Shown: positions 29,977-38,529, numbered from the stretch's first letter. The stretch is DNA of 64,000 bases from a virus (IMGVR_UViG_3300020036_001753:26847-90846); one strand, 5' to 3'. Notes: generated by a model not told the origin, from the letters alone. Made by a program: numbers and translations.

Positions 29977-30168
29977 TTATTGATAACTGCACTTGCAGTT
30001 TGGTCCGTAATTCCAATACAAGTCTTTTTCAACTTGATTAGGTGTTTGATCTGTGTATCTATTAATATAAATGATTTCATCATTGTAATTAATAACACAA
30101 TGAACAATGCGGTATTCTTTTTGGCATCCGCAAATCAGTAATAAAAGAAACAGTAATAAAGTTTTCAT
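29977..30168 (-). CDS. Small lipoprotein
   Basis: MKTLLLFLLLLICGC signal with a lipobox-like Cys. Confidence 0.6.
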   Translation of the reverse strand: MKTLLLFLLLLICGCQKEYRIVHCVINYNDEIIYINRYTDQTPNQVEKDLYWNYGPNCKCSYQ

Positions 30169-30193
30169 AATAAATAATAAATTTAATGATAAA

Positions 30194-30270
30194 TGGTACT
30201 TCTGACAGGACTCGAACCTGTAACCTACGCTTTAGAGGAACGTCGCTCTATCCAATTGAGCTACAGAAGT
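30194..30270 (-). tRNA. tRNA-Arg(UCU) with atypical C33 and encoded CCA
   Basis: Manual cloverleaf: acceptor ACTTCTG/CAGAAGT, D arm GCTC-AATTGGATA-GAGC (A20, the Arg identity element), anticodon arm ACGTT-CCTCTAA-AGCGT, T arm ACAGG-TTCGAGT-CCTGT, 3' ACCA. Confidence 0.9.
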
Positions 30271-30339
30271 TTAAAAGTGCCTCCTATTGGAGGGAAGTCG
30301 GAGACACTCAAAAATAAATAAAATAAACATGAAAAATAT

Positions 30340-30480
30340 CTACTCTTGTACTTCTTTATCTTCTCCTAGTAGCCATCCAATACTTAGTACAATTGCTAGC
30401 ATAAATATATCGGATAGTTGTTGGTGAAACTGATGAAAAAACAGTATCAGTATGCCCACGATACACGTTACAGCTTTCAT
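30340..30480 (-). CDS. 46-aa membrane protein (missing from the ORF track)
   Basis: MKAVTCIVGILILFFHQFHQQLSDIFMLAIVLSIGWLLGEDKEVQE; its ATG abuts the upstream TGA. Confidence 0.55.
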   Translation of the reverse strand: MKAVTCIVGILILFFHQFHQQLSDIFMLAIVLSIGWLLGEDKEVQE

Positions 30481-31013
30481 CATAGTAAAGAGCGTCTTAG
30501 TTTTAAACCATTAGGATCAGTCCAGTAACCTCCTTCTTGGAAAGCTCTTAACCAATCCTTGTGTTTGATATACCGTTTAATATAACGGTTAGCAGTCATA
30601 ACTTTACCCCAATCATCAGCAGCTTCCAACAAGTTCGCATACTGTTTATACTTAGCATTTTTCCTTATCCCTCCTGTATTGTTATAACGATGAAAGACTT
30701 TAGAAGTACCATGAGCAGTTTCTGCAATAAAACATACTCTGGAAATACTTGTAGGAATACCATACTTAAGATAAATGTATTCAAAGATGATACTTGCATT
30801 AGCTACAGCTAAGGCTTTGCGATTACGATCTTTAGTTAGATCAATATCGGCACGCCCATAATTTCTGTATAGATCAGCAGCAGTCATAGATTTCAATTGT
30901 TGAGCAATCGAAGGCGCTTCCCAATCTTTACTATAAGTTACAACTGCTGTTGACTTACTATTTGAAAGAAAGATCGGAAACATTAACAGTAAAATAAAGA
31001 TTAACCTCTTCAT
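30480..31013 (-). CDS. GH73 glucosaminidase/muramidase with signal peptide
   Basis: FIAETAHG (catalytic Glu), YNNTGGIRK, GGYWTDP; hydrophobic N-terminal signal. Confidence 0.72.
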   Translation of the reverse strand: MKRLIFILLLMFPIFLSNSKSTAVVTYSKDWEAPSIAQQLKSMTAADLYRNYGRADIDLTKDRNRKALAVANASIIFEYIYLKYGIPTSISRVCFIAETAHGTSKVFHRYNNTGGIRKNAKYKQYANLLEAADDWGKVMTANRYIKRYIKHKDWLRAFQEGGYWTDPNGLKLRRSLL

Positions 31014-31070
31014 TATAATTTGTTTTAGTGAAAAAATGAAACAAATGTACGGAAACTCTATATACTATTC

Positions 31071-32570
31071 CTACATGAGCAGGTATATTTTGTCTTTCGC
31101 TCTACTTGTTGCTACGTATAGCAGCTTCCAGTATAGTAGATTAGCTAAGAAAGAACGAGGATCGTAAGATAGAACTTTTCTAATATCAGTAACGTCAACA
31201 AATACATCATTGAAAGTACTACCTTGACTCTTATGTGTAGTTATTGAGAAAGCATAATCCAAGTCCTTCTTAGGAAGGTTACGTGCTTCCACAAAATCTC
31301 CATTAGATAACGTTACTCCATTAGGATATTTCTTTTTAAAATCTACAAGAGTAAGATACCGATTTCTCCATTCCATAAAAGGTTTCCATTTCTGCCCGTT
31401 AAATCGAGCTTCTCTATGAAACTTTTCATGTACCATAAGGAACGTATCATAATTATCTTCATGAACAATTAAAAGGTGTGGAGTATATTGCATTGTAGTA
31501 ATATCCTGCATCTGGACTTTATAGCAATGAATACTGTCGTGAATAACTTCTCCTTTTGTAACTACCATATAGTCTGCACTATTAATAATTAATGGCAGCC
31601 TACCTTCAGATAATGTAGTGTAACTCATAAGTACGTCACCAATTTCAATAGCTTCATTGCTATTAGGAAATTTGTATTTGCGAAGGTATTCGTTATAATG
31701 ACCTACACGATCATTCGTATAAGCTAAAATACGACTATTTTCGTCTGTAAGAAATTGAGCTTCCAGCAACTTTGCGACAGTTTCACGATCTTCTTTGTCA
31801 ACAATTTCGTAACCTTTATTGCCTACAGATATAGAACCTATAGCTAAGAGTTGCTCGAAATAGGTATCGCCAGTATAATCAAAATCAGTAAGATACTTGG
31901 GAGCAATTTCTCCAAAATCTGTCCTAATTTGTTGAACAGCTGCATAATCTCTGAATAGCATAGCAATTTTTAATCGGATTGCTAACAACAATAACATAGA
32001 TGGATTATCCACACCTTGCCTTACTACCTCAATCAGACGACTAGTATTTTCAAGATCAAAGACAGGAGAGTATGCTACTTCTTCTTTAGGATTCTTACTA
32101 ATAGGTGGAAGTTGATAATCATCCCCAACAAATAGTATCTTAGTTTTAGCACCAGTAGCTTCTCTGATAATAAGATCTAAAAGATCTTTATTAATCATAG
32201 AAGTTTCATCAATGATAACCAGTCGATATTCATCAATCTTAGGCGAAGCTATTTGTCTAAATTGAGGATTACGAGGATCGAAATCTTCAACATTAACGTC
32301 TTTACGTAATCCTAATAAAGCTTGTATCGTTAATGCTTGTAAACCTGTAGCGTGTCCTAAAACAGCTTTGGCTTTATGTGTTGGCGCTGATATGCAAAGA
32401 TTATTCAACTGCTTAACAGATTTGATAATCTGTTTTACAGTTGTAGTTTTACCTGTACCTGCTGCACCTCTAAGTACATAGAATAACTCTTCACTATTCG
32501 ACCAAGCAGCTATGTTAATAATAGCGTCTGCTTGTTCCGCATTCGGAACAATATCCTGATAAGGATTCAT
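31071..32570 (-). CDS. RecD/Dda-like SF1B helicase
   Basis: GAAGTGKTT, APTHKA, IDETSM, GDDYQLPP, THKSQGST, YVATSRAK. Confidence 0.92.
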   Translation of the reverse strand: MNPYQDIVPNAEQADAIINIAAWSNSEELFYVLRGAAGTGKTTTVKQIIKSVKQLNNLCISAPTHKAKAVLGHATGLQALTIQALLGLRKDVNVEDFDPRNPQFRQIASPKIDEYRLVIIDETSMINKDLLDLIIREATGAKTKILFVGDDYQLPPISKNPKEEVAYSPVFDLENTSRLIEVVRQGVDNPSMLLLLAIRLKIAMLFRDYAAVQQIRTDFGEIAPKYLTDFDYTGDTYFEQLLAIGSISVGNKGYEIVDKEDRETVAKLLEAQFLTDENSRILAYTNDRVGHYNEYLRKYKFPNSNEAIEIGDVLMSYTTLSEGRLPLIINSADYMVVTKGEVIHDSIHCYKVQMQDITTMQYTPHLLIVHEDNYDTFLMVHEKFHREARFNGQKWKPFMEWRNRYLTLVDFKKKYPNGVTLSNGDFVEARNLPKKDLDYAFSITTHKSQGSTFNDVFVDVTDIRKVLSYDPRSFLANLLYWKLLYVATSRAKDKIYLLM

Positions 32571-32953
32571 ATATTATCGTAATTTAGTGCTGCTATAATT
32601 GCAGCTATGTGATTGTTAATGATTGTATCTTTTCGTTCTTCAATGCAAATATATGGTATTTCGTCTACATTGAGAAAAAGCCAACCCTTAGCGGGCTGGT
32701 CTTCTTGGTTAATTATAGTAGGCCAAACAGTATAACCATTTGGTGTAGCTGCGATAGCTAGATTCCTGAACTGAAGATAGTGTATAAATACACCTATCAT
32801 CATTTCATCTCTTATGAAAGTAAATGAGGCTAAAGGAATATCGCTATACATAGTAGTAAGAAAACTTGCAAAAGCTTCTCTACTTTTTGGTAGTTTTCCT
32901 AGATGGCTTAGTAGTAACATCGAAAATAGCTGGTATTGGTAAACTCCAATCAA
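32567..32953 (-). CDS. Hypothetical protein
   Basis: 128 aa with overlaps at both ends. Confidence 0.6.
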   Translation of the reverse strand: MIGVYQYQLFSMLLLSHLGKLPKSREAFASFLTTMYSDIPLASFTFIRDEMMIGVFIHYLQFRNLAIAATPNGYTVWPTIINQEDQPAKGWLFLNVDEIPYICIEERKDTIINNHIAAIIAALNYDNI

Positions 32954-33449
32954 GTTTTACTGTTATAAATATTTCATACAACAGTTCTAATGGAGTAGAA
33001 TTTTGATTATATTTTTGCTCAATAAACCATTCTTCTAAAAGCTTTAGTTTTCTTTTAGCTTTAACTAAATCATATTTAGTAGCTTTGTCTTCAACTGCTG
33101 CAAGTCTATTGTCTATTATTCCTTTTTCAACAAGAGCTTCGGTAACTTGTTTAGCTAATTCAAACATTTGCGAATGATTTTGTTTTATAATATCAACTTG
33201 TTGTGAAACTCTATCTTCGGCAAGATCTAGTCTAACTCGCATTGCTTGAATAGCTTGTTCAGCATTCTCTTCATAATTGGCAATATAAATGTTACGTTTT
33301 TGCAGAACTTCTTCGACACTCTCTTTTTCTAGCTTAAGTAGCTCATTAGTGAAATTGGCTATACGCAGTTTGCTGGATAACCTTACCATTAGTAATATTG
33401 TAAGTATAAAAGCTAATGATAAGATTACTATTAATGTAGATTCAATCAT
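32880..33449 (-). CDS. Membrane-anchored coiled-coil protein
   Basis: N-terminal TM helix followed by a long heptad region. Confidence 0.65.
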   Translation of the reverse strand: MIESTLIVILSLAFILTILLMVRLSSKLRIANFTNELLKLEKESVEEVLQKRNIYIANYEENAEQAIQAMRVRLDLAEDRVSQQVDIIKQNHSQMFELAKQVTEALVEKGIIDNRLAAVEDKATKYDLVKAKRKLKLLEEWFIEQKYNQNSTPLELLYEIFITVKLDWSLPIPAIFDVTTKPSRKTTKK

Positions 33450-33468
33450 TTTTATTAGTATTATTAGC

Positions 33469-33539
33469 TCCCTATAGAGATAAGGTGACTATAAGTAAAT
33501 TAATAGATTAGTAACGGCCCGTCCTTATCTCTACAGGGA
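33469..33539 (-). promoter_or_regulatory. 17-bp inverted repeat in a 5' leader
   Basis: tccctatagagataagg (33469-33485) versus ccttatctctacaggga (33523-33539); the single mismatch is a G-U pair on the minus strand. Confidence 0.55.
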
Positions 33540-33680
33540 ACTAAACATAATTACATATAGTAGAATTAATCATAGAATTAGTAGTAAAAGAATTACTAAG
33601 ACTATATAATTTCTATATATAATTACGTTTAGTACCGCAGGAGTGTGCGCACGTGTAATACGATAAAATTATCAAATTTC

Positions 33681-34004
33681 CTAACGATCGAATTTTTTAA
33701 ACATTGTTATATCTAACTTCTGCTTATAAATTAGCTTATTCAATTCAATAACTTTAATCTCTGTTTCGATATGTCTGGCAGTTTTAACTAAGAATGTATA
33801 ACCTTCAATAGGCTTGGTTTTAAGAACTATATACTTATCTCCAAAAGAAGTAAGTAATTGCAATTCTTGATACCTTATCTTATCAGGTTTAATACTTATC
33901 TTAGTTCGTTTCTCAATTACTAAGGATAGAATAGTACTGATAGTAACATGAAGACTATCAGCACCTATTCCTCCTAAGTGGTTGGCAGCTAAATCCCAAG
34001 TCAT
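33681..34004 (-). CDS. Hypothetical protein
   Basis: 107 aa, 4-nt overlap with the upstream gene. Confidence 0.55.
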   Translation of the reverse strand: MTWDLAANHLGGIGADSLHVTISTILSLVIEKRTKISIKPDKIRYQELQLLTSFGDKYIVLKTKPIEGYTFLVKTARHIETEIKVIELNKLIYKQKLDITMFKKFDR

Positions 34005-34315
34005 AGTTTCTTCTTTTTAGAAAAGAAATCAGATATGGGTTTTCTTTCTTTAAAAGGTGGATCAACAATAATGCCTCCTTTAGCTAGTATAGCTTCCTCT
34101 TCTTTTGTAAGTTGCACTGTTGTAGGAACGCTAGAATCAAGAGCAGGAAACATAATATCAATTTGCCGTAGTTCACTTACAATCTTAAAGGTTTCAACAG
34201 GATTTTGTCCTATTGTTTGTTCAAGATTATCTATGAGCTTTGTTTTAGCTTTATTAGCTGTCGGATAGTCAATATTTTTGACTTTTTTATCTCCAAATAA
34301 ATCAAAAAGACTCAT
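34001..34315 (-). CDS. Hypothetical protein
   Basis: 104 aa. Confidence 0.65.
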   Translation of the reverse strand: MSLFDLFGDKKVKNIDYPTANKAKTKLIDNLEQTIGQNPVETFKIVSELRQIDIMFPALDSSVPTTVQLTKEEEAILAKGGIIVDPPFKERKPISDFFSKKKKL

Positions 34316-34323
34316 GGCTTTAG

Positions 34324-34878
34324 TTATTTTAATTGATTATACAATTGTTTCCACTCTGCGATTTTATTCGATCTTGCATCAGGTTCGTCAGATGTAAATA
34401 AAGCTAAATGCGGAAGATGCGCAGCTCCTATTGGAATATCTATTACCTTTTTTACATTAAACCGTTCTTCAATTAATCCATGCATCATGTATAGCTGCCT
34501 TTCTGCATCATAGATTTCTCCTGACCTTAAACTATTAATAGCGTATTCAAAACGAGAAATAACATCTAATTCTTTATCTACGCTTGTTAATATATGCAAT
34601 CCATGAGTACCTATATTACGAAAAAATGAAGTAGGATTGTCTTGTAATAAGCTAGTTTCAAAATCTTCCTTATCTATATCCAAAAGATTTAATAAAGCGT
34701 TAGTTGCAGCACATCCAATACATTGTCGAGTTTCGTCTATAGCTAGGTAATATTTAAGATTTTCCTTAATCTTAGGCTTTTGCAAGCCTATAAGCATCCA
34801 GTAAATCAGTTGCTTAAGAGTTCTTATACTCCGTAGCTTTTTGATCAATTTAGTTTGTGGTAACTTCTGCATTGTCAA
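34324..34878 (-). CDS. CxGCAATN-family paralog (copy 4 of 4 in transcription order)
   Basis: CIGCAATNAL, FEYAINSLR, MMH, EWKQLY. Confidence 0.8.
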   Translation of the reverse strand: MTMQKLPQTKLIKKLRSIRTLKQLIYWMLIGLQKPKIKENLKYYLAIDETRQCIGCAATNALLNLLDIDKEDFETSLLQDNPTSFFRNIGTHGLHILTSVDKELDVISRFEYAINSLRSGEIYDAERQLYMMHGLIEERFNVKKVIDIPIGAAHLPHLALFTSDEPDARSNKIAEWKQLYNQLK

Positions 34879-35458
34879 ATTTGATTAAATCGTTATATAA
34901 TTTTTTCCAATTCTCAATCGCTTGCTGTTTGTAATAGTAGTCAGTAGTATCAGCATCTACACCATAGAAACTAAGAGGTTCGTATCCGAGAAAATGTACG
35001 TGATCTGGCATATAGCTTTCTTCTGAAAATGTAGACTTTATAGCAAAGTGTTTATCAATTATTTCGTGCATTTCTTTTAAATAAATAAAAGCTATTTGCC
35101 ATTGTGTAGAACGTAAAGAATCTATACAAAGCTCAAACTTACTTATAGCCTTACTAGTAGCTAAATCGTATCCAAGAACATGAGTAAATTGATATATAGT
35201 ATTTCCTATAGTATCTAAATCTGCTCTACATTTCATAACTCGGTTAGTAAACTTCTTTTTACTTGTCTCTGTAATTGCTAGCATAGCATTAGTAGCGGCA
35301 CAACCATAGCATTCATCTCTTTGAATACTAAAGAATGTTGCAAATTCTAAGTTAATCGTAGGGTTATTAATTCCCTGAAGCATCCAATAAATCAGATGCT
35401 GCAACTTAGTTATAGCTGCAAGCTTTTTGATAAGCTTATTTGGTCTTTTCTTTTTCAT
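34850..35458 (-). CDS. CxGCAATN-family paralog (copy 3)
   Basis: CYGCAATNAM, FELCIDSLR, EMH, NWKKLY. Confidence 0.8.
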   Translation of the reverse strand: MKKKRPNKLIKKLAAITKLQHLIYWMLQGINNPTINLEFATFFSIQRDECYGCAATNAMLAITETSKKKFTNRVMKCRADLDTIGNTIYQFTHVLGYDLATSKAISKFELCIDSLRSTQWQIAFIYLKEMHEIIDKHFAIKSTFSEESYMPDHVHFLGYEPLSFYGVDADTTDYYYKQQAIENWKKLYNDLIKFDNAEVTTN

Positions 35459-35990
35459 CTGTTTGATTATTGTAAAGTGAATTGTAAATATTTTGCCATT
35501 TCTCTATTATAGCTGAATCAGCTGAGCCTAACCAAAGGTCTTGTTCAGCAAACTTATCAATTTCAGCTTGGCTATCTGCGATTAGCTTTAATGGTAAACC
35601 ATATATATTTGCTATGCTATTGTGCATACATTGTAAATACATTAAGGCGCTCTCATATCTAGTAGCTATTAAAGAATCAATTGCAACTTCAAATCTATCT
35701 ACTATTGTAAAACTAGATTCGATGGCTGTAGCAATCATTAAGGTTTCTTCATAACTAGGAACTCTTCTTGACGCATTTACTAAATTAGTAAATTGCTCTT
35801 TGTTACATAAATGTAATAGAGCGTTAGTCGCAGCGCAGCCAACACATTCGCCATTTATATTAGCTAGAAAAGTGCGCATCTTAACTTTAATCTTAGGCTT
35901 TGTTAAACCAAGAAGCATAATGGCAACCATAGCCTGAAAGCTATCTATTTTGTATAGCTTCCTAATTAACATTGGAACTTTCTTTTTCAT
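35436..35990 (-). CDS. CxGCAATN-family paralog (copy 2)
   Basis: CVGCAATNAL, FEVAIDSL, CMH, KWQNIY. Confidence 0.8.
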   Translation of the reverse strand: MKKKVPMLIRKLYKIDSFQAMVAIMLLGLTKPKIKVKMRTFLANINGECVGCAATNALLHLCNKEQFTNLVNASRRVPSYEETLMIATAIESSFTIVDRFEVAIDSLIATRYESALMYLQCMHNSIANIYGLPLKLIADSQAEIDKFAEQDLWLGSADSAIIEKWQNIYNSLYNNQTDEKEKTK

Positions 35991-35993
35991 TGC

Positions 35994-36536
35994 TTATTTA
36001 TTTAATTGTTTTAATTGTTTACTTAAAGCTTTCCAAGCGTGAATACGACTCTCGTAATTAGCTGTACTTAAATGGTAGTAATCATTCGATAACTTATCTA
36101 AAATATCATCGGAAACAGTTATTCTTTTCAATTTGACTTTCCTAGTTTCATAAACATTGATAATCTCTTGATGCATATGAAATAGATAAGCCGAACTTTG
36201 AGAAAAATCCCCTATCCTAAGCGCATTGACGGCGTATTCAAAATACGTTATGACTTTAGTATTTGCATCTACAACTGAAGCTAGATGATGGAAGTCATCA
36301 GTTCCACTTATATTACGCATATATGAATTAACTTCTTCTTTGGTATAATCAGTTAATTCAAAAAGAGTATTAGTTGCAGCACATCCAACACACATATTGT
36401 CATAAAAGGCGCAGTAAACTCCCATATCTACAGCTAGCTTTGGGTTTTCTAAACCTTTTATCATTATGTCAATAAGCTGTGGTATAGTTCTTATCTTTCG
36501 CAACTTTACTATTATCGGCGGTAATGCAGATTTCAT
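35994..36536 (-). CDS. CxGCAATN-family paralog (copy 1)
   Basis: CVGCAATNTL, FEYAVNALR, HMH, AWKALS. Confidence 0.8.
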   Translation of the reverse strand: MKSALPPIIVKLRKIRTIPQLIDIMIKGLENPKLAVDMGVYCAFYDNMCVGCAATNTLFELTDYTKEEVNSYMRNISGTDDFHHLASVVDANTKVITYFEYAVNALRIGDFSQSSAYLFHMHQEIINVYETRKVKLKRITVSDDILDKLSNDYYHLSTANYESRIHAWKALSKQLKQLNK

Positions 36537-36946
36537 TGCTTAACGTTTTTTACTTTAATAAAAGATAGATTATTGTCTTCAATAAGCGGTTTTAATGCTT
36601 CCGGTATATCTTGTGTACCATAAGCATAGTAAAGATTATCAGTGACTGGAACTCGTTTCTTCAATTCAGAAACTAATGCTTTAAGATCAGTTATTTCAGC
36701 TTTTAAAAGCATTACTTCTTTATCGTGATCTGCAATTGCTATGTCAAGTAGCTTGTGGGCATCAGTTACTATACTTTGCAGTAGGCGTATCTTAGCTTTA
36801 AGACTGGTCATTATTTGCTTCTGTATCTCTTGCTTACGAGCAAATAAGATTCTAAGATAATCCAGTTTTTTCTCCGCTTCTAATAGCTTGGTGTAAGCTA
36901 TGTTGAAGTTGTGGATGTACTGGATTAGTAATTTACTTTTTTTCAT
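36533..36946 (-). CDS. Coiled-coil hypothetical protein
   Basis: 137 aa, 4-nt overlap with paralog copy 1. Confidence 0.7.
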   Translation of the reverse strand: MKKSKLLIQYIHNFNIAYTKLLEAEKKLDYLRILFARKQEIQKQIMTSLKAKIRLLQSIVTDAHKLLDIAIADHDKEVMLLKAEITDLKALVSELKKRVPVTDNLYYAYGTQDIPEALKPLIEDNNLSFIKVKNVKQ

Positions 36947-37101
36947 GATAGAAGATTATAGTATTATTAATAATAAAGAAGGTTGGGTTTTGAGAGGGGA
37001 TAGGGATTGATAAGGATGAGAATAAAATTTGAGGGAAGGGAATTAGAAGATATATTAATAATGAGATTGATAGAGTGGAGATTAATTGGAAAATAAGGTG
37101 T
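36945..37101. other. 157-nt tract with no C on the + strand (no G on the transcribed - strand)
   Basis: Read directly: last C at 36944, next C at 37102; about 46 G in between. Confidence 0.9.
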
Positions 37102-37174
37102 CGTAGAACCTGGCGCGCAAGCGCCAATCGCTCCACGAACACCTTTCACCAACTATAATCAACTCCTTTTCTCT

Positions 37175-37423
37175 TTAATAACTCTTCATTAAGCTAAATA
37201 TCCCCCAAGCGGGCAATATCATCGCAATCACTAGCCATATCCAACCAATAGTTATACCTATATCACAAAGCTTAATCAATTTTGTACTCTGTAATTCAAT
37301 TCGGTTTGGATACTTGTTCTTGTCCATTATCAACTTTAATTTGAAGTTCGCTAATAGACAAATCAATAACACCGGTAATCCTATATTCAGGACTAATGGC
37401 ATTATGCTAATTTCGAGCATCAT
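37175..37423 (-). CDS. Small two-TM membrane protein
   Basis: 82 aa with two hydrophobic helices. Confidence 0.65.
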   Translation of the reverse strand: MMLEISIMPLVLNIGLPVLLICLLANFKLKLIMDKNKYPNRIELQSTKLIKLCDIGITIGWIWLVIAMILPAWGIFSLMKSY

Positions 37424-37608
37424 TTTTTCTTCTTGGGTTTAAAATATTCAACAGCATACCTGGCAGCAAGGCGAAGTCTTTCTCGCTTCGCTCCCTTGTT
37501 TACACCGAATTTAGCATCTAAATATGCTATTTTTTCAATAGTCGTCATGGCATCGTATGCCTCTTGACGCTCTTGTGCTTCTCTGAACCTTTGCTCTCTG
37601 CTTTTCAT
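37420..37608 (-). CDS. Small charged phage protein
   Basis: REAQERQEAY...KIAYLDAKFG..KGAKRERLRL, a pattern recalled from other phage hypotheticals (not verified). Confidence 0.65.
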   Translation of the reverse strand: MKSREQRFREAQERQEAYDAMTTIEKIAYLDAKFGVNKGAKRERLRLAARYAVEYFKPKKKK

Positions 37609-37690
37609 AACCTGAGTTTTAATTAATTAATAATATAAGTGTAATGACGAACTCTAGTCTCGCCGGCTTCGCCGCCTCGAACTAAAGCGC

Positions 37691-37722
37691 AAAAGAAAGC
37701 CCAAGTGCGCGAGCACTTGAGC
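37691..37722 (-). terminator. Intrinsic terminator
   Basis: caagtgc-gcga-gcacttg stem followed by TTTCTTTT on the minus strand, after the 37746-38471 gene. Confidence 0.7.
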
Positions 37723-37745
37723 CTTCTCTCTTCATCCTAAATCCG

Positions 37746-38471
37746 CTATTTCTTGCCTTTCTTCGCCAATGCAAGCTGGGCTTCCAACGCCGCTACAGCG
37801 TCGATAACTTCAGCAGGCTCTTCGGGCGCAACTTCGATGTTCTCTTCGATATGTTCATCGGCACCGAAGATGTCCGGTACTTTCGTATCCACTGTCGGTG
37901 GCACAACGACTGTTGCTGCTTTTACCGGCTGACGACGAGCTTCCCGACGCTCTTTCGCAATGGCAAGGCGATCTTCTTTGATAACCTCCATCGTGATCTC
38001 ATGCAACTCTTCTTTGACTTCCGGAGAAAGTTCAAAAGATTCGTTACCAGACCGATAGTGAGGTATCGTGTATTCGCCAACTACTCCGTCACGGGTAGTG
38101 TAAGTGTCACCTGGCGTAATAGGCCAAATATCCATGCTAAGATAAATGGCACCAACACTGGAACTCAAAAGTGACTTGAGATCGTAGATACTAAGATCCA
38201 CGTTATCGCAAAGAGTATCCAGATAACCAGGCGCAAAAGTAAACGTCGTTGCAGTCGTTGGGTGACCCTTGCCGGTAGTCACGACAGCAAGCCTGCCTGT
38301 AGTCCTGTTAGGTATCGTATTAATCCGGCTAATAGCCATTTTAATACGCTTAACTCCCGTAGGATTAGCAGCTTGAAATGCGGCTACTTCTTTAGCCCAA
38401 TTAGCAAGATACAGCTCTTTTTGAGCGGCTGATAATTGCTCATACTGGTCTTTAGACAAAATCTGAAACAT
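37746..38471 (-). CDS. Early-region hypothetical protein
   Basis: 241 aa, raised GC, acidic Pro/Glu-rich C-terminal region; preceded by a 14-bp motif copy and followed by a terminator. Confidence 0.8.
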   Translation of the reverse strand: MFQILSKDQYEQLSAAQKELYLANWAKEVAAFQAANPTGVKRIKMAISRINTIPNRTTGRLAVVTTGKGHPTTATTFTFAPGYLDTLCDNVDLSIYDLKSLLSSSVGAIYLSMDIWPITPGDTYTTRDGVVGEYTIPHYRSGNESFELSPEVKEELHEITMEVIKEDRLAIAKERREARRQPVKAATVVVPPTVDTKVPDIFGADEHIEENIEVAPEEPAEVIDAVAALEAQLALAKKGKK

Positions 38472-38514
38472 AATAATAGAATTGAAATATGAAAGAATAT
38501 GAAAATGTCAACTA

Positions 38515-38528
38515 TCAGTAGGTTGTTT
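38515..38528 (-). promoter_or_regulatory. AAACAACCTACTGA motif, copy D
   Basis: Exact 14-mer; 43 nt before the ATG at 38471; hairpin 38550-38588 upstream. Confidence 0.7.
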
Positions 38529-38529
38529 T

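Noticed and set aside
30274-30312. Ribozyme associated with the tRNA
   Set aside because: Only a simple hairpin lies 5' of the tRNA; the 3' trailer is AT-only and cannot form an HDV-like fold.
36933-37152. 69-aa and 61-aa minus-strand ORFs across the G-less tract
   Set aside because: Non-ATG or weak starts, and the amino-acid composition follows from the absence of G; kept only as an alternative explanation.
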